Below are positions 9,182 to 19,042 of a DNA stretch of 32,442 nt, in pieces; the first letter of the stretch is position 1; each line of letters begins with the position of its first letter. The translations under genes and the position numbers were made by a program. The stretch is taken from positions 1-32,442 of IMG/VR virus record IMGVR_UViG_3300020043_000497; one strand, written 5' to 3'. This stretch comes from a virus (lineage: Duplodnaviria; Caudoviricetes). The notes below the pieces were generated by a model. It saw only the letters and a program-made list of their open reading frames with translations, made no database searches and was not told the origin of the DNA.

Positions 9182-10537
9182 ATGGCACAAACAAATTTTA
9201 CACCCATCCAGCTTTATTCTAGCTCCACACCGACAAATACCCCTGCGGCGGGCAATCTAATTAATGACACCAAAGGTTCTGAGTTGGCGGTCAATATTGC
9301 TGACGGAAAATTGTTTTATAAAGACACTAGCAACAATGTACAAACCATAGCTAACAAAACTTGGGTTGGTACAGTCACTAGCGTAAGTGGTACATCACCA
9401 GTAGCCGTAGCTACTGGCACTTCTACCCCTGTTGTTAGTTTGTCGGCAGGGTATGGCGACACACAAAACCCATATGCAAGCAAAACTGCAAACAATTTTC
9501 TTGCAGCGCCTAACGGATCGGCAGGAGTACCTACATTTCGTACCATAGTTGCGGCAGACATACCTACCCTAAACCAAAACACAACAGGCAGTGCTGCTAC
9601 GTTAACAACTGCAAGGAATCTTTGGGGTCAAAGTTTTAATGGATCTGCCGATATTTCAGCACCTTTGTACCCTGCGGCTGGGTCTGTAAGCGCTCCCGCG
9701 TATTCTGTAACAGGTGACACTAACACAGGCATTTTCTTCCCTGCGGCTGACACTATTGCCTTTACTGAAGGTGGTGTTGAATCAATGAGAATTGATAGCT
9801 CTGGTAATGTAGGTATTGGTACAAGTAGTCCTTCTGAAAAACTTGAAATTAGAAATTCTGTTGGTCGTGTTTCAATATTTATGGCAAGCGGCGGGACCAA
9901 CCAAGGTTATATTAGTTATTTTAATGCTAATCAGCAATTATCTTTTGGAAATGGTGCAGCAACAGGAACAGGTGCAAATGGTGGACAGCAAGTCAATATT
10001 GACGCAACTGGTAATTTATTAGTGGGTACTACTTCCACACTTAACGGATATAGTTATTCAGGTGCAATACATGGACTATCTACAGATGCCAAACAGTTAA
10101 ACCTTAGAAATTCTAATGCAACTGCAGATCGTGTTTGGACACTTGGCATGACTAGTGCTAGTGAATTTATTATTTATGCCAACGGGTCAACAGGGCAATA
10201 CATGAGTTGGAACGGAACATCATGGGTTTCAAGCTCAGATGAGCGCACTAAAACAGACTTAAAACCTATTGAAAATGCAATTGATAAAGTGTCTCAACTA
10301 CGCTCAGTTACAGGTAGGTACAAAACTGATGAAGAAAATGTAAGTCGTGCATTTTTAATTGCCCAAGATGTGCAAGCGGTTTTTCCTGAAGCTGTTGATG
10401 TAAGAAGCGATGAAGATAAAACTTTGGGATTGCGTTACACCGAAATGATCCCATTGCTAGTGGCTTCTATAAAAGAACTTAAAGCAATCGTAGACGCGCA
10501 AGCAGTTGAAATTGCAGCACTTAAAAGCATTAAATAA
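9182..10537 (+). CDS. Tail fibre with C-terminal intramolecular chaperone (peptidase S74-like)
   Basis: ELAVNIADGKLFYKD N-domain, MRIDSSGNVGIGTSSP fibre repeat, and SSDERTK...AQDVQAVFPEAV...LVASIKEL chaperone with terminal coiled coil. Confidence 0.85.
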   Translation: MAQTNFTPIQLYSSSTPTNTPAAGNLINDTKGSELAVNIADGKLFYKDTSNNVQTIANKTWVGTVTSVSGTSPVAVATGTSTPVVSLSAGYGDTQNPYASKTANNFLAAPNGSAGVPTFRTIVAADIPTLNQNTTGSAATLTTARNLWGQSFNGSADISAPLYPAAGSVSAPAYSVTGDTNTGIFFPAADTIAFTEGGVESMRIDSSGNVGIGTSSPSEKLEIRNSVGRVSIFMASGGTNQGYISYFNANQQLSFGNGAATGTGANGGQQVNIDATGNLLVGTTSTLNGYSYSGAIHGLSTDAKQLNLRNSNATADRVWTLGMTSASEFIIYANGSTGQYMSWNGTSWVSSSDERTKTDLKPIENAIDKVSQLRSVTGRYKTDEENVSRAFLIAQDVQAVFPEAVDVRSDEDKTLGLRYTEMIPLLVASIKELKAIVDAQAVEIAALKSIK

Positions 10538-10559
10538 CGATTACGTTTAAGGATATATT

Positions 10560-12212
10560 ATGGCATTGACAAAAGTCACTTATGCAATGATTCAAGGCGC
10601 TCCAGCCAATGTGCTGGATTTTGGCGCAACAGGAGACGGTGTAACTAACGACACTGCTGCAATTCAAGCTGCTGTTAATTCAGGCGCTGATGAGGTGTAT
10701 TTTCCTGAAGGAGTCTACGTTGTCGCTTCCGTCAACATTACTAGCAAAATTCGTTTGTTTGGTTCCGGTGTTTTGAAAAAAACAAGCGTTACTGGTACAT
10801 CAATGTTAAACATTGACAGTAGTAATATTGAAATTGATGGACTGACATTTAATGGTGCTAGTGTTAGCACGTTGATTCCAACAGCAAATACGGCAGACAA
10901 CGCAATTTATGTTTCTGGCACTTCAACGCCATTGCAATACACAAACATTAAAATCCAAAATTGCACAATCAATGGTGTTGCGGGTTTTGGCATTCGCATT
11001 GATTACGCATCTAATGTTTGGATATTGAACAACAATATTTCTTACTGCGGGTATGCTGGCGTTACTTTGTTATCCGTAATTCATGGAATTGTTGACGGCA
11101 ACAGAATTTCAAACATTAATTCTTCTGCTGGCGCAACTAATTGGTACGGCATTTCAATTACACGCGATTCAACGCAAACAACGGCTAATTCTTCCCGACC
11201 AACAAATTGCGTTATCACAAACAACGTGGTTTCCAATGTTGCACAATGGACAGGCATTGATATTCATGCTGCATTCAAATGCGTGGTGGACGGCAACCAG
11301 GTGTATTTCTGCAAAAATGGTATGTATGCCCAATATGATTCAAGCACTGACACATATAAACAGCCAAGCGAAAACATTGTTTTTTCTAATAACATTGTTG
11401 AAGGCAACGCCGCTGCTGTCGATTCAGGGTTAGGCATAGCGTCTTTAGGTTTAGCGGGTATGCCAAACTTAAACATTACTATTATTGGAAATCAAGTCAT
11501 TAATGGCGGCGGTTACGCATCTACATACGGTGCACTATATGTTGACGAAACTAAAAACTGTATAGTTTCTAATAACATAAGTAAAAATAGCTGGCGTTCA
11601 GGTTTTTCAATCGCAGGTGTTTGCGACAACGTTGTTTTTGAAAGTAATGAAATTAACGGTGTGCAACCTGATGGGTCTGGCGCAGGGACGTATTACGGTT
11701 ATTTAATAGGCACGACAATGACTAATGTTGTGCTAAGAAACAATCGTTTTTTTAACAATACAGGTGTTTCTGCTAACACGCCTGGGTTTGGCGTTTTGTA
11801 CGACCCAGGAACGTACAGCGGCATAACCTTTGATAAAAACAGAATATTAAACCTAAGTAGTTCTTCCTTTTTGTATAACGGCTCAAACAGCAACCGTTAT
11901 CAAGATTTTGCATGGATTCTTGAACCCACGTCCGTTTATGACGCTGGTTGGACGTTGACAAGCGGCAACACCACTGAAACGTACAACGTAACCGTTCGCC
12001 GCGATGTTCGTGGAACGCCAGCGACAAACACGCTTATTTATTCTTTGAATAGAACGGATGCAACCAATCCGAAGGTGTCTGTTGTCCCGACTGCCCAAGT
12101 CAGCTTAACGCAGTATGAATTAACAGCGTACACGGTTGATGGAACAACGTTTGGCTCGGCGACAAACATTCCAGTAATGTTTACAGTTCAAGGCATTTGT
12201 TGGACAGATTAA
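10560..12212 (+). CDS. Tailspike, right-handed beta-helix (pectate lyase-like depolymerase)
   Basis: NVLDFGATGDGVTNDTAAIQAA..VYFPEGVY start, followed by Asn/Ile-rich beta-helix repeats. Confidence 0.85.
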   Translation: MALTKVTYAMIQGAPANVLDFGATGDGVTNDTAAIQAAVNSGADEVYFPEGVYVVASVNITSKIRLFGSGVLKKTSVTGTSMLNIDSSNIEIDGLTFNGASVSTLIPTANTADNAIYVSGTSTPLQYTNIKIQNCTINGVAGFGIRIDYASNVWILNNNISYCGYAGVTLLSVIHGIVDGNRISNINSSAGATNWYGISITRDSTQTTANSSRPTNCVITNNVVSNVAQWTGIDIHAAFKCVVDGNQVYFCKNGMYAQYDSSTDTYKQPSENIVFSNNIVEGNAAAVDSGLGIASLGLAGMPNLNITIIGNQVINGGGYASTYGALYVDETKNCIVSNNISKNSWRSGFSIAGVCDNVVFESNEINGVQPDGSGAGTYYGYLIGTTMTNVVLRNNRFFNNTGVSANTPGFGVLYDPGTYSGITFDKNRILNLSSSSFLYNGSNSNRYQDFAWILEPTSVYDAGWTLTSGNTTETYNVTVRRDVRGTPATNTLIYSLNRTDATNPKVSVVPTAQVSLTQYELTAYTVDGTTFGSATNIPVMFTVQGICWTD

Positions 12213-12243
12213 AACGTTGTAATTTAAATTAAAAGGAATAAAA

Positions 12244-12492
12244 ATGGCACTATTAAAAAATATAGATTTTAAAGGGTTAATTGTTAACAAAGTGTACGTT
12301 AAAGTTTGGCAAATTAAAGGCAATAAAAATGAACTTTATTGTGACGTATTGTACGCCGTTGATAACAGTTCTGAAATGTTAATGAGTAAAACGTTTTTGT
12401 TTGATTATAATATTGATGGCGAAAACCCTATCAAACAAGCGTACGCACATTTAAAAACTTTACCTGAATTTGCTGATGCAATTGATTGCTAA
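12244..12492 (+). CDS. Small tail-fibre-associated protein
   Basis: C-terminal NPIKQAYAHLKTLPEFADAIDC, a motif typical of small genes following phage fibres. AT-rich. Confidence 0.6.
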   Translation: MALLKNIDFKGLIVNKVYVKVWQIKGNKNELYCDVLYAVDNSSEMLMSKTFLFDYNIDGENPIKQAYAHLKTLPEFADAIDC

Positions 12493-12501
12493 GGATAAAC
12501 C

Positions 12502-12840
12502 ATGACAGTTACTGTTAGCGTACTCATACCCGCCAAGATTGCTGAAGATAGCCAATCAACACAATATACATCTAATGGTGTTAAAACCATCATTGATAAG
12601 TTCACGGCTACTAACTTTAGCGCTTCGGCTGCGGTAATCAGCGTGAACATTGTCACCACGGCGGGTACGGCAGGTAACGCCAACTTGATTACCAAGACTA
12701 AGACGCTACAACCAACGGAAGTGTATACCTTCCCTGAGTTGGTTGGTCAGGTGATGAACTCTGGCGATTTCATCTCCACAATTGCGGGTACAGCCGCAGC
12801 CATCAACATTCGTGCATCTGGCAGACAGATTACAAGCTAA
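12502..12840 (+). CDS. Putative virion structural protein (112 aa)
   Basis: T/A/I-rich beta composition, AAGGA SD, located in the tail module. Confidence 0.6.
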   Translation: MTVTVSVLIPAKIAEDSQSTQYTSNGVKTIIDKFTATNFSASAAVISVNIVTTAGTAGNANLITKTKTLQPTEVYTFPELVGQVMNSGDFISTIAGTAAAINIRASGRQITS

Positions 12841-13292
12841 TGGATAAAAGCCTAAACGCACTGCAACAACACTTCTCGCAAGGGTTGTTATTACCGCCTG
12901 ACGCCGTAAACTGGCTAATAAGCTTGTTCCATGCGTTCCAAGTGTTTGACGATTTTGCAGATGGCGACCCCGTTGACCGTAAAGACTTGAACATTTTGAT
13001 TTGGAATACGCTAGTTAGTATGCAACAAAACCAGTTTTTTATCGCTAATTCTTATTGCTTATCTTCTATAGTTGGTGTAAATATACTAAAATGGCAAGCA
13101 TCAGACACGGTAGAACGTGCAGGAAATGCAGACGCTAAGTCGTACACATGGCGAGCCGGGTACTACGATATTGTTTTAGCTGTGGTGCAGTTGTGTCACG
13201 GCCCTGTTTTTGCGGCGGATAACGCCCACATTGTTTTAGGATTGTATGGTGAAACATACGATGATTACATGAAGGAGTTTAAAAATGCCTGA
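12840..13292 (+). CDS. Hypothetical helical protein with a DDxxD motif
   Basis: QVFDDFADGD. Coupled upstream, and overlaps the first ejection gene by 8 nt. Confidence 0.6.
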   Translation: MDKSLNALQQHFSQGLLLPPDAVNWLISLFHAFQVFDDFADGDPVDRKDLNILIWNTLVSMQQNQFFIANSYCLSSIVGVNILKWQASDTVERAGNADAKSYTWRAGYYDIVLAVVQLCHGPVFAADNAHIVLGLYGETYDDYMKEFKNA

Positions 13293-14013
13293 TCCAATTA
13301 CAGGTACGATAGCCGCAGTTGCTACAGTAGGTAGCTCAGTTTTAGGCTCTAAAGCTGCTAAATCAGCCGCAGGCACTCAAGCCGCCGCCGCAGCAGACGC
13401 AACTGCCGCGCAAGAACGGATGTTTGAGCGTCAAATTGAGCTACAAAAACCTTATCGAGAAGCTGGCGAACTAGCCCTTAATCGTTTATCGCTAGGCACT
13501 AAACCAGGCGGTGAATTCGACAAAGCGTTCTCTGAAACAAAATTTACGGCTGATCCAGGGTATGCGTTCCGTTTATCTGAAGGTATGAAAGCCTTAGATC
13601 GTACAGCCGCGTCAAGAGGGGGTCTACTATCGGGTGCAACGCTCAAAGGTGCGCAACGCTACGGTCAAGACTTAGCGTCACAAGAATATCAAAATGCGTT
13701 CAATCGTTATTACGCTGAACGTACTAACAGACTACAACCGTTGCAATCATTGGCGGGCGTTGGTCAAACATCTGCAAACACGCTATCTAACGCTGCTGGT
13801 CAATTTGGTTCACAAATTGGCGCTAACATCATTGGCGCAGGTAATGCAGCCGCTGCAGGTCAAATTGGTTCTGCTAACGCTATTGCGCAGGGTGTCGGTC
13901 AAGGTATTAACTTCTATCAAAACCAACAATTGCTAAACAGATTGCCTAATTACGGCGGCGTCAATACCTCATACGGCCCACCAGTATCAGCAATGATGCC
14001 TTTCGAAGGATAA
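13285..14013 (+). CDS. DNA ejection protein, P22 gp7-like
   Basis: A/G/S-rich N-terminus, DPGYAFRLSEG and AASRGGLLSGATLKG. First of three genes in the ejection position. Confidence 0.75.
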   Translation: MPDPITGTIAAVATVGSSVLGSKAAKSAAGTQAAAAADATAAQERMFERQIELQKPYREAGELALNRLSLGTKPGGEFDKAFSETKFTADPGYAFRLSEGMKALDRTAASRGGLLSGATLKGAQRYGQDLASQEYQNAFNRYYAERTNRLQPLQSLAGVGQTSANTLSNAAGQFGSQIGANIIGAGNAAAAGQIGSANAIAQGVGQGINFYQNQQLLNRLPNYGGVNTSYGPPVSAMMPFEG

Positions 14014-14016
14014 TAT

Positions 14017-15195
14017 ATGGCTACTATTGATCCAAACATCGCGTTAGGGTATAGACCCGTACAGATTGAAAACCCAGCAAACCAGTTTGCTAAACAGCAA
14101 GAGTTAACTGTTAATATGTTGAAAGCGCAAGAACTTCAACGCGGTCTAGCTGAAGAAGAACAAGTGCGTAACTATTTAGCTGGTGCTGATTTATCTAAAC
14201 CTGAAACACGCGCTGGATTGGCTAAGTTTGGTAAAACTGGCTTAGGCTACGGCAAACTAATGGCCGAACAAGAAAAAGCAGGCTTGGAAACTAAAAAGCT
14301 AAAAGGCGACATTGACAAGCAATCTTTGGAGCGAAGTCGTCAGCGTATCTCTGATTTAGCTTTTAATCCTTCAGACGCAAACATTACAGCGCATTTAGAA
14401 GATGGCATTCTAAGAGGTGAATTGACACCTGATCAAGCTAAACAAATGTGGTCGCAAGTAAGCGGTATGCCTCTTGAGCAACGTAAACAAACACTTTTGC
14501 AAATGGGTGTTAACGCCGAAAAGCGCTTAGAGCAAATGAGCCTTAGCGAGTTCCAAAAACAAGACATTGGTCTTAAACGTGAGCGTTTGGCTAAAGACAC
14601 TGACCCAACATTGCAAGCTAATTTGGCCAGTGCTAAAGAGTATGGCCAGACACTTGGTAAGAACAAAGCTGTTGCTGAACAAGCGTTGCCAGGCGCAATC
14701 CAAACTGCTGAAGAAGGTATCCGTCTTATTGACGAAATGGTTGGTAAGCCAGAAATTAAAGATAAAGACGGTAAAGTTATTCAGAAAGCAACCAAGCCTC
14801 ACCCAGGCTTTAAAAATTACGTTGGTGCAGCACTTGTACCAGGTATGCGGTTTATTGAAGGTTCTGATACAGCGTCTTATGAAGTTCGTCAGAAACAAAT
14901 CGAAGGTAAAGCGTTCTTGGAAGCGTTTAACGCCCTTAAAGGCGGCGGTTCTATCACTGAAAAAGAAGGTGAAAAAGCTACTGCAGCCATCATGCGTATG
15001 AACAAGGCGTCTAAAGAGTCAGAGTACATTTCAGCGGCTCGTGAGTTGCAAGGCATCTTGCGTACTGGTATGGAGCGCTCACGTGCTAGAGCAGGTCAAA
15101 CATCACCTGTTGTACCTAACGCAGCGCCTGCCGCACCTCGTACTGGCGTACCTGCAGGAGCAGAGAACGTTATTGACTTTAACACATTGAAATAA
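14017..15195 (+). CDS. DNA ejection protein, gp20 position
   Basis: Helical, Q/K/E/A-rich 392 aa. Assigned by synteny. Confidence 0.6.
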   Translation: MATIDPNIALGYRPVQIENPANQFAKQQELTVNMLKAQELQRGLAEEEQVRNYLAGADLSKPETRAGLAKFGKTGLGYGKLMAEQEKAGLETKKLKGDIDKQSLERSRQRISDLAFNPSDANITAHLEDGILRGELTPDQAKQMWSQVSGMPLEQRKQTLLQMGVNAEKRLEQMSLSEFQKQDIGLKRERLAKDTDPTLQANLASAKEYGQTLGKNKAVAEQALPGAIQTAEEGIRLIDEMVGKPEIKDKDGKVIQKATKPHPGFKNYVGAALVPGMRFIEGSDTASYEVRQKQIEGKAFLEAFNALKGGGSITEKEGEKATAAIMRMNKASKESEYISAARELQGILRTGMERSRARAGQTSPVVPNAAPAAPRTGVPAGAENVIDFNTLK

Positions 15196-15203
15196 GGCCT
15201 GTT

Positions 15204-17348
15204 ATGGATGTCCGCCTACCAGATGGAACGCTGTTACGGAACGTGCCTGAAGGCACAACCAAAGCGCAGCTAACCGAAAAACTAGCTGCGAATGGCTACG
15301 ACATCGGTAAATTAGCGCCTGTTGAGGCCACAGCAACACGTGAGAACGTGCAACCTGAACGTGCGCCTGATTGGGCTAAAAAGTATCCAAAGTTGTATGA
15401 AGGTGCTGTAACAGCCCGTCAGGTGCTTGGCCCTACAATTGAAGCAGGCGGTGCTATTGTTGGCGGTCTTTTAGGCGGCGGAGCAGGTACAGTTGCTGGC
15501 CCAGTTGGTACTGCCACAGGCGGTGTAGCTGGTGCAGGTTTAGGCTACGGCATCGCTAAAGAAGCACTAGAACAAGCAGACGTTGCGTTAGGGTTGAAAG
15601 CACCTCGCACTACAGAACAGTTAGTTACCGAACCTGCTAAAAACATTTTAGAAGGTGCAACGTACGAGGCAGGCGGCCGTGTAGTTGCTCCAGTGATTGC
15701 CAAAGGCGCAAGTAAAGTAGCTGAAGGCGTATCTAACGTATTGGGTAAAGTAGCCGATTTACGTCAGATTCCTACGCAAAAGGCCGCTAAGATTGCTCGT
15801 GAGGCTGTAGCAGGCGGAGAATTAGACCAAGTATTAAACGCCCTGCGCAACGCTGCGCCTGGGGTAACACCAGCACAGGCGATTGCAGACGCAGGTCTTA
15901 ATCAGCCAACCGTACAATCCTTGCTCAAGAACGTTGCTACACGCGACCCTAAGTTCTTTACTGATCTATTAAACACACAAGACTTTGCAACCGTTAACAA
16001 ACTAAGCCAGTTGGCAGGTGGCGAAACAGCTACTGCATCTCGCAACACGCTTACCAACGCTAAAAACGCTTTGAACGCCATGACTGGCCCAGAGCGTGAG
16101 CTTGCCTTGAACCGCGCTAACTTAGGCAAGTCTGTGGCTGAATATGAAGCCCAAGCAGGTAAGTTAGGTAAAGAAGCGGCGGCCAAAGTACAAGAAGTGC
16201 GTGATTTGATCAGCGCAGGTAATGCAGCAGAAGCCTACGCTAAGTTGCAAGTTATCAAACAAGGCTTGCCAACAAGCACTGCTCGCTACACTTACGCTAA
16301 TGAGTTGGCTGAAAAAGCTTTTGGCGAATGGTCTGACAAAGCAGCGCAGGCATCCTTAGACCTTGGTCAAGGCGCTCGTTTTGCAGGTGATGCAGCTAAG
16401 ACCTTGCGTAACTACGGTATCAAACCTATTGAAGGTGCGCCGTTGGTACAAAATATTATGGGTATTGCTGACAACCCAGCGTTTGCAGGTAACGATGTGT
16501 TGGCAGGCGCAGTGCGTAACGTAGCCGACGACATCGCTAAGTGGACTAGCTCAGGCGGTGTGGTTGATGCTAGAGCTTTGGACGCCATCCGTAAGAACTC
16601 TGTTAACGCAGCGATTGAGAAGCTACGCCCAGGCATGGATGCTACGGCTCAAAAACGTTTGGCTGCCGAAGTATTGTCGGACATCAAGCCGTTATTGGTG
16701 GATGCCATCGAAGGCGCAGGCGGTACAGGCTACCGTAAATACTTAGAGAATTACACTAAGGGTTCTCAGCGTATCGGTCAAACCAAGTTGGGCGCGCAAG
16801 CGATGGACTTGTACAAGAAGTCACCGCAACAGTTTGTTGATTTGGTTGAGGGCAACTCACCAGAAGTGGTCGAGAAAATCTTTGGTTCTGGCAACTACGA
16901 CATCGCTGTTGAGATGAGCAAAGATGCCATGAAAACACTCAGAGGCGCAGCTAAACAGGTCAAAACGTCTGCTGAGATGGCTAAACAAGCCACAGCAGGT
17001 GATCAAGCCTTGGTTGAGCTAATGAAAGACCACGCTATCAATCTCAAGCTACCTAACGTGTTTAACGTGGTGGCTACAACGACCAACAAAACGTTGGACA
17101 TTGTAGGGAAAATCGTGACCAAGCGCACGATGGCACAGCTAACAGAAGCAGCTAAGACTGCTAAGAGCTTTGATGAGCTACTTAACACCTTACCTGCGTC
17201 TGAACGCAACGCTGTCCTTAAAGCGTTAAAAACCCCTAGTAATTGGCAAGGCGCCAAGAAGATGGGGGAGAAGTTTACGGGGGCTGGCGCGTTGGGAGCT
17301 AACGCATTAGCGAGGGATCAAGAAAATGAAAACGCATTGGCTCGATAA
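15204..17348 (+). CDS. Large DNA ejection protein, gp16 position
   Basis: MDVRLPDGTLLRNVPEGTT start, a Gly-rich hydrophobic segment (GGAIVGGLLGGGAG) and an Ala-rich helical body. Assigned by synteny. Confidence 0.65.
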   Translation: MDVRLPDGTLLRNVPEGTTKAQLTEKLAANGYDIGKLAPVEATATRENVQPERAPDWAKKYPKLYEGAVTARQVLGPTIEAGGAIVGGLLGGGAGTVAGPVGTATGGVAGAGLGYGIAKEALEQADVALGLKAPRTTEQLVTEPAKNILEGATYEAGGRVVAPVIAKGASKVAEGVSNVLGKVADLRQIPTQKAAKIAREAVAGGELDQVLNALRNAAPGVTPAQAIADAGLNQPTVQSLLKNVATRDPKFFTDLLNTQDFATVNKLSQLAGGETATASRNTLTNAKNALNAMTGPERELALNRANLGKSVAEYEAQAGKLGKEAAAKVQEVRDLISAGNAAEAYAKLQVIKQGLPTSTARYTYANELAEKAFGEWSDKAAQASLDLGQGARFAGDAAKTLRNYGIKPIEGAPLVQNIMGIADNPAFAGNDVLAGAVRNVADDIAKWTSSGGVVDARALDAIRKNSVNAAIEKLRPGMDATAQKRLAAEVLSDIKPLLVDAIEGAGGTGYRKYLENYTKGSQRIGQTKLGAQAMDLYKKSPQQFVDLVEGNSPEVVEKIFGSGNYDIAVEMSKDAMKTLRGAAKQVKTSAEMAKQATAGDQALVELMKDHAINLKLPNVFNVVATTTNKTLDIVGKIVTKRTMAQLTEAAKTAKSFDELLNTLPASERNAVLKALKTPSNWQGAKKMGEKFTGAGALGANALARDQENENALAR

Positions 17349-17578
17349 TGGATCAGACGTTTATCAACTGGGTAATCGCCGGTGCAGGGGCAACAATTGG
17401 CTGGCTTATGCGTATTATTTGGACTGAAATTAAATTAGTCCAAAAGAACCAACGCGAAATTGAGTCTAACATTAGCGACAATTATGTTCGCAAAGATGAT
17501 TACCGCGTTGACATTGCAGAAATTAAAGGGATGCTTGGTCGCATTTTTGATCGTTTAGAGAATAAGGCAGATAAATGA
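17348..17578 (+). CDS. Small membrane protein (one TM plus coiled coil), holin/antiholin-like
   Basis: N-terminal TM WVIAGAGATIGWLM, then YVRKDDY...IFDRLENKADK. First gene of the lysis region. Confidence 0.6.
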   Translation: MDQTFINWVIAGAGATIGWLMRIIWTEIKLVQKNQREIESNISDNYVRKDDYRVDIAEIKGMLGRIFDRLENKADK

Positions 17579-18069
17579 TTCGTACTGCACAACTAATCTG
17601 TTGGTTTTTAGGTGGCCTAATCCTTGGTGGCTTTGTCGCCGCTTCAATAGCACAAGACACCACAATTAACTACAAAGGCCAGCCACCAGCGGGTGCTATG
17701 GCGCCTAGCATCTCATCATTCAGCCAAGACAACTGCTTGGTTGCTGTGTCAGGCGCTGTTAGCTCTACAGTCATTGGATTCTCTGGCGGCTCATACATGA
17801 TGGATGAGGATTGCTCAAGCCGTAAGTGGGCTAAGTTTTTATCTGACAACGGATTAAAAGTCGCGGCTGTGGCTGTGGCGTGTCAGGCAAAAGAAGAAAA
17901 TTGGCAAGCGATGATGCTTTCAGGCACACCTTGCCCTATTGATGGCCTCGTTGGCGATGCTGCACGTAACGAGTGGATTAAACGCTACCCTGAAAAGTTT
18001 AAGAAACTATATGGCACGGTTCCACCTCTTGTTGATCTTGCTGCTGTTAAGCTTGACGAAAGCAAATAA
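17575..18069 (+). CDS. Exported Cys-containing protein of unknown function
   Basis: Signal-peptide-like N-terminus ending ASIA-Q, four Cys in the mature part and a Gly/Ser-rich hairpin segment. ATGA-coupled. Confidence 0.75.
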   Translation: MIRTAQLICWFLGGLILGGFVAASIAQDTTINYKGQPPAGAMAPSISSFSQDNCLVAVSGAVSSTVIGFSGGSYMMDEDCSSRKWAKFLSDNGLKVAAVAVACQAKEENWQAMMLSGTPCPIDGLVGDAARNEWIKRYPEKFKKLYGTVPPLVDLAAVKLDESK

Positions 18070-19042
18070 TGTTCAAGCGGCTTGTTATGCTGGTTCGTGG
18101 ACTAATGGGATGCCCGTCTACGGCTCCCTCTTTGTTGACGGCGGGACAACCCTCGCCCAGTGCCAAGCGCTCGCGTGCCAAATCTACCCTAGCATCTCCC
18201 CAAGCTGCCCTGGCGCAACCCCACCACCGCAAGTCGTCACCTGCACCTACTCAGCGCAAACCGAAGATAGAAGTTGCCCCGTCAACCAAAGCGGCGTCCA
18301 AACTTGGAAAAAAGAAACCAACTGCCCGACAGGTAGCTATGGTCAGCCAGTCCCAACCGACTGGTTCAAAATCCGCGACACCTGCGTCCAAAACCCGCCG
18401 TCATGCCAAATAAGCAGCCAACAACAAACGCTCAGTTGCCAGACTGGTTATACGGGGAGCATTACCCAGACTCGTTCCTCTACGTGTCCGGATCCATACG
18501 GGATACCAACGTTTCAACCTTGGGTGACTACATCAGACACTTGCAAGAAGTCAATCAACAACCCGACCAACCCTGTGTCGCCTGTGTCGCCCCTGAATCC
18601 AACTTCAGCCACATCTGCCCCAACAATCCAATCCTCACCTGTAACTGCACCGACCCCAAATTCTGTGCCGAACTCGGAAGCAACCCCGACAACATCGTCG
18701 ACGGAAACAAGCGATGCCCCGACAGCGGGCTCATCTGCAACGACAGAGTCTGCCCCAACGAGTGCCTCGGAGACAAAGACGGATTCTCAGACAACCTCGA
18801 CTACACAGGCATCCCCATCCCCGCCACCAAAAGGGAAGGTAAGGTCAGCGGTTGGCCTTGCGTTGTCGTTGGAGCTATTTGTGAAGCCTGGGATACAACA
18901 ACCGAACGTGTTTCCAGACGTGAGCATAGTGCAGGGCATACCGAACAACATACTGATGCAAGACTCAATAATGATGGACTTGCTGCAACAACCAAGTTTT
19001 AACCAACCATTTAACGCACCAGACTTAGGATTTGAACAATGA
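18011..19042 (+). CDS. Exported Cys-rich repeat protein with S/T/P-rich linker (start revised from 17939)
   Basis: ATG at 18011 gives the signal peptide MARFHLLLILLLLSLTKANNVQA. Two ~48-aa four-Cys repeats and a long S/T/P tract follow. Stop overlaps the next ATG. Confidence 0.7.
   Translation: MARFHLLLILLLLSLTKANNVQAACYAGSWTNGMPVYGSLFVDGGTTLAQCQALACQIYPSISPSCPGATPPPQVVTCTYSAQTEDRSCPVNQSGVQTWKKETNCPTGSYGQPVPTDWFKIRDTCVQNPPSCQISSQQQTLSCQTGYTGSITQTRSSTCPDPYGIPTFQPWVTTSDTCKKSINNPTNPVSPVSPLNPTSATSAPTIQSSPVTAPTPNSVPNSEATPTTSSTETSDAPTAGSSATTESAPTSASETKTDSQTTSTTQASPSPPPKGKVRSAVGLALSLELFVKPGIQQPNVFPDVSIVQGIPNNILMQDSIMMDLLQQPSFNQPFNAPDLGFEQ

Noticed and set aside
9182-12212. Diversity-generating retroelement acting on the fibres
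   Set aside because: No reverse transcriptase and no template/variable repeat pair were seen in the window.
252-17257. Many 60-145 aa antisense or off-frame ORFs in the structural region
   Set aside because: They are shadows of well-supported genes with biased codons, with no motifs or coupling of their own.
18403-19002. 199-aa Cys-rich alternative-frame ORF
   Set aside because: It lies wholly inside 18011-19042. Its Cys/Asn/Asp content is what a shifted reading of S/T/P/A codons produces, and it has no clear SD or signal peptide.
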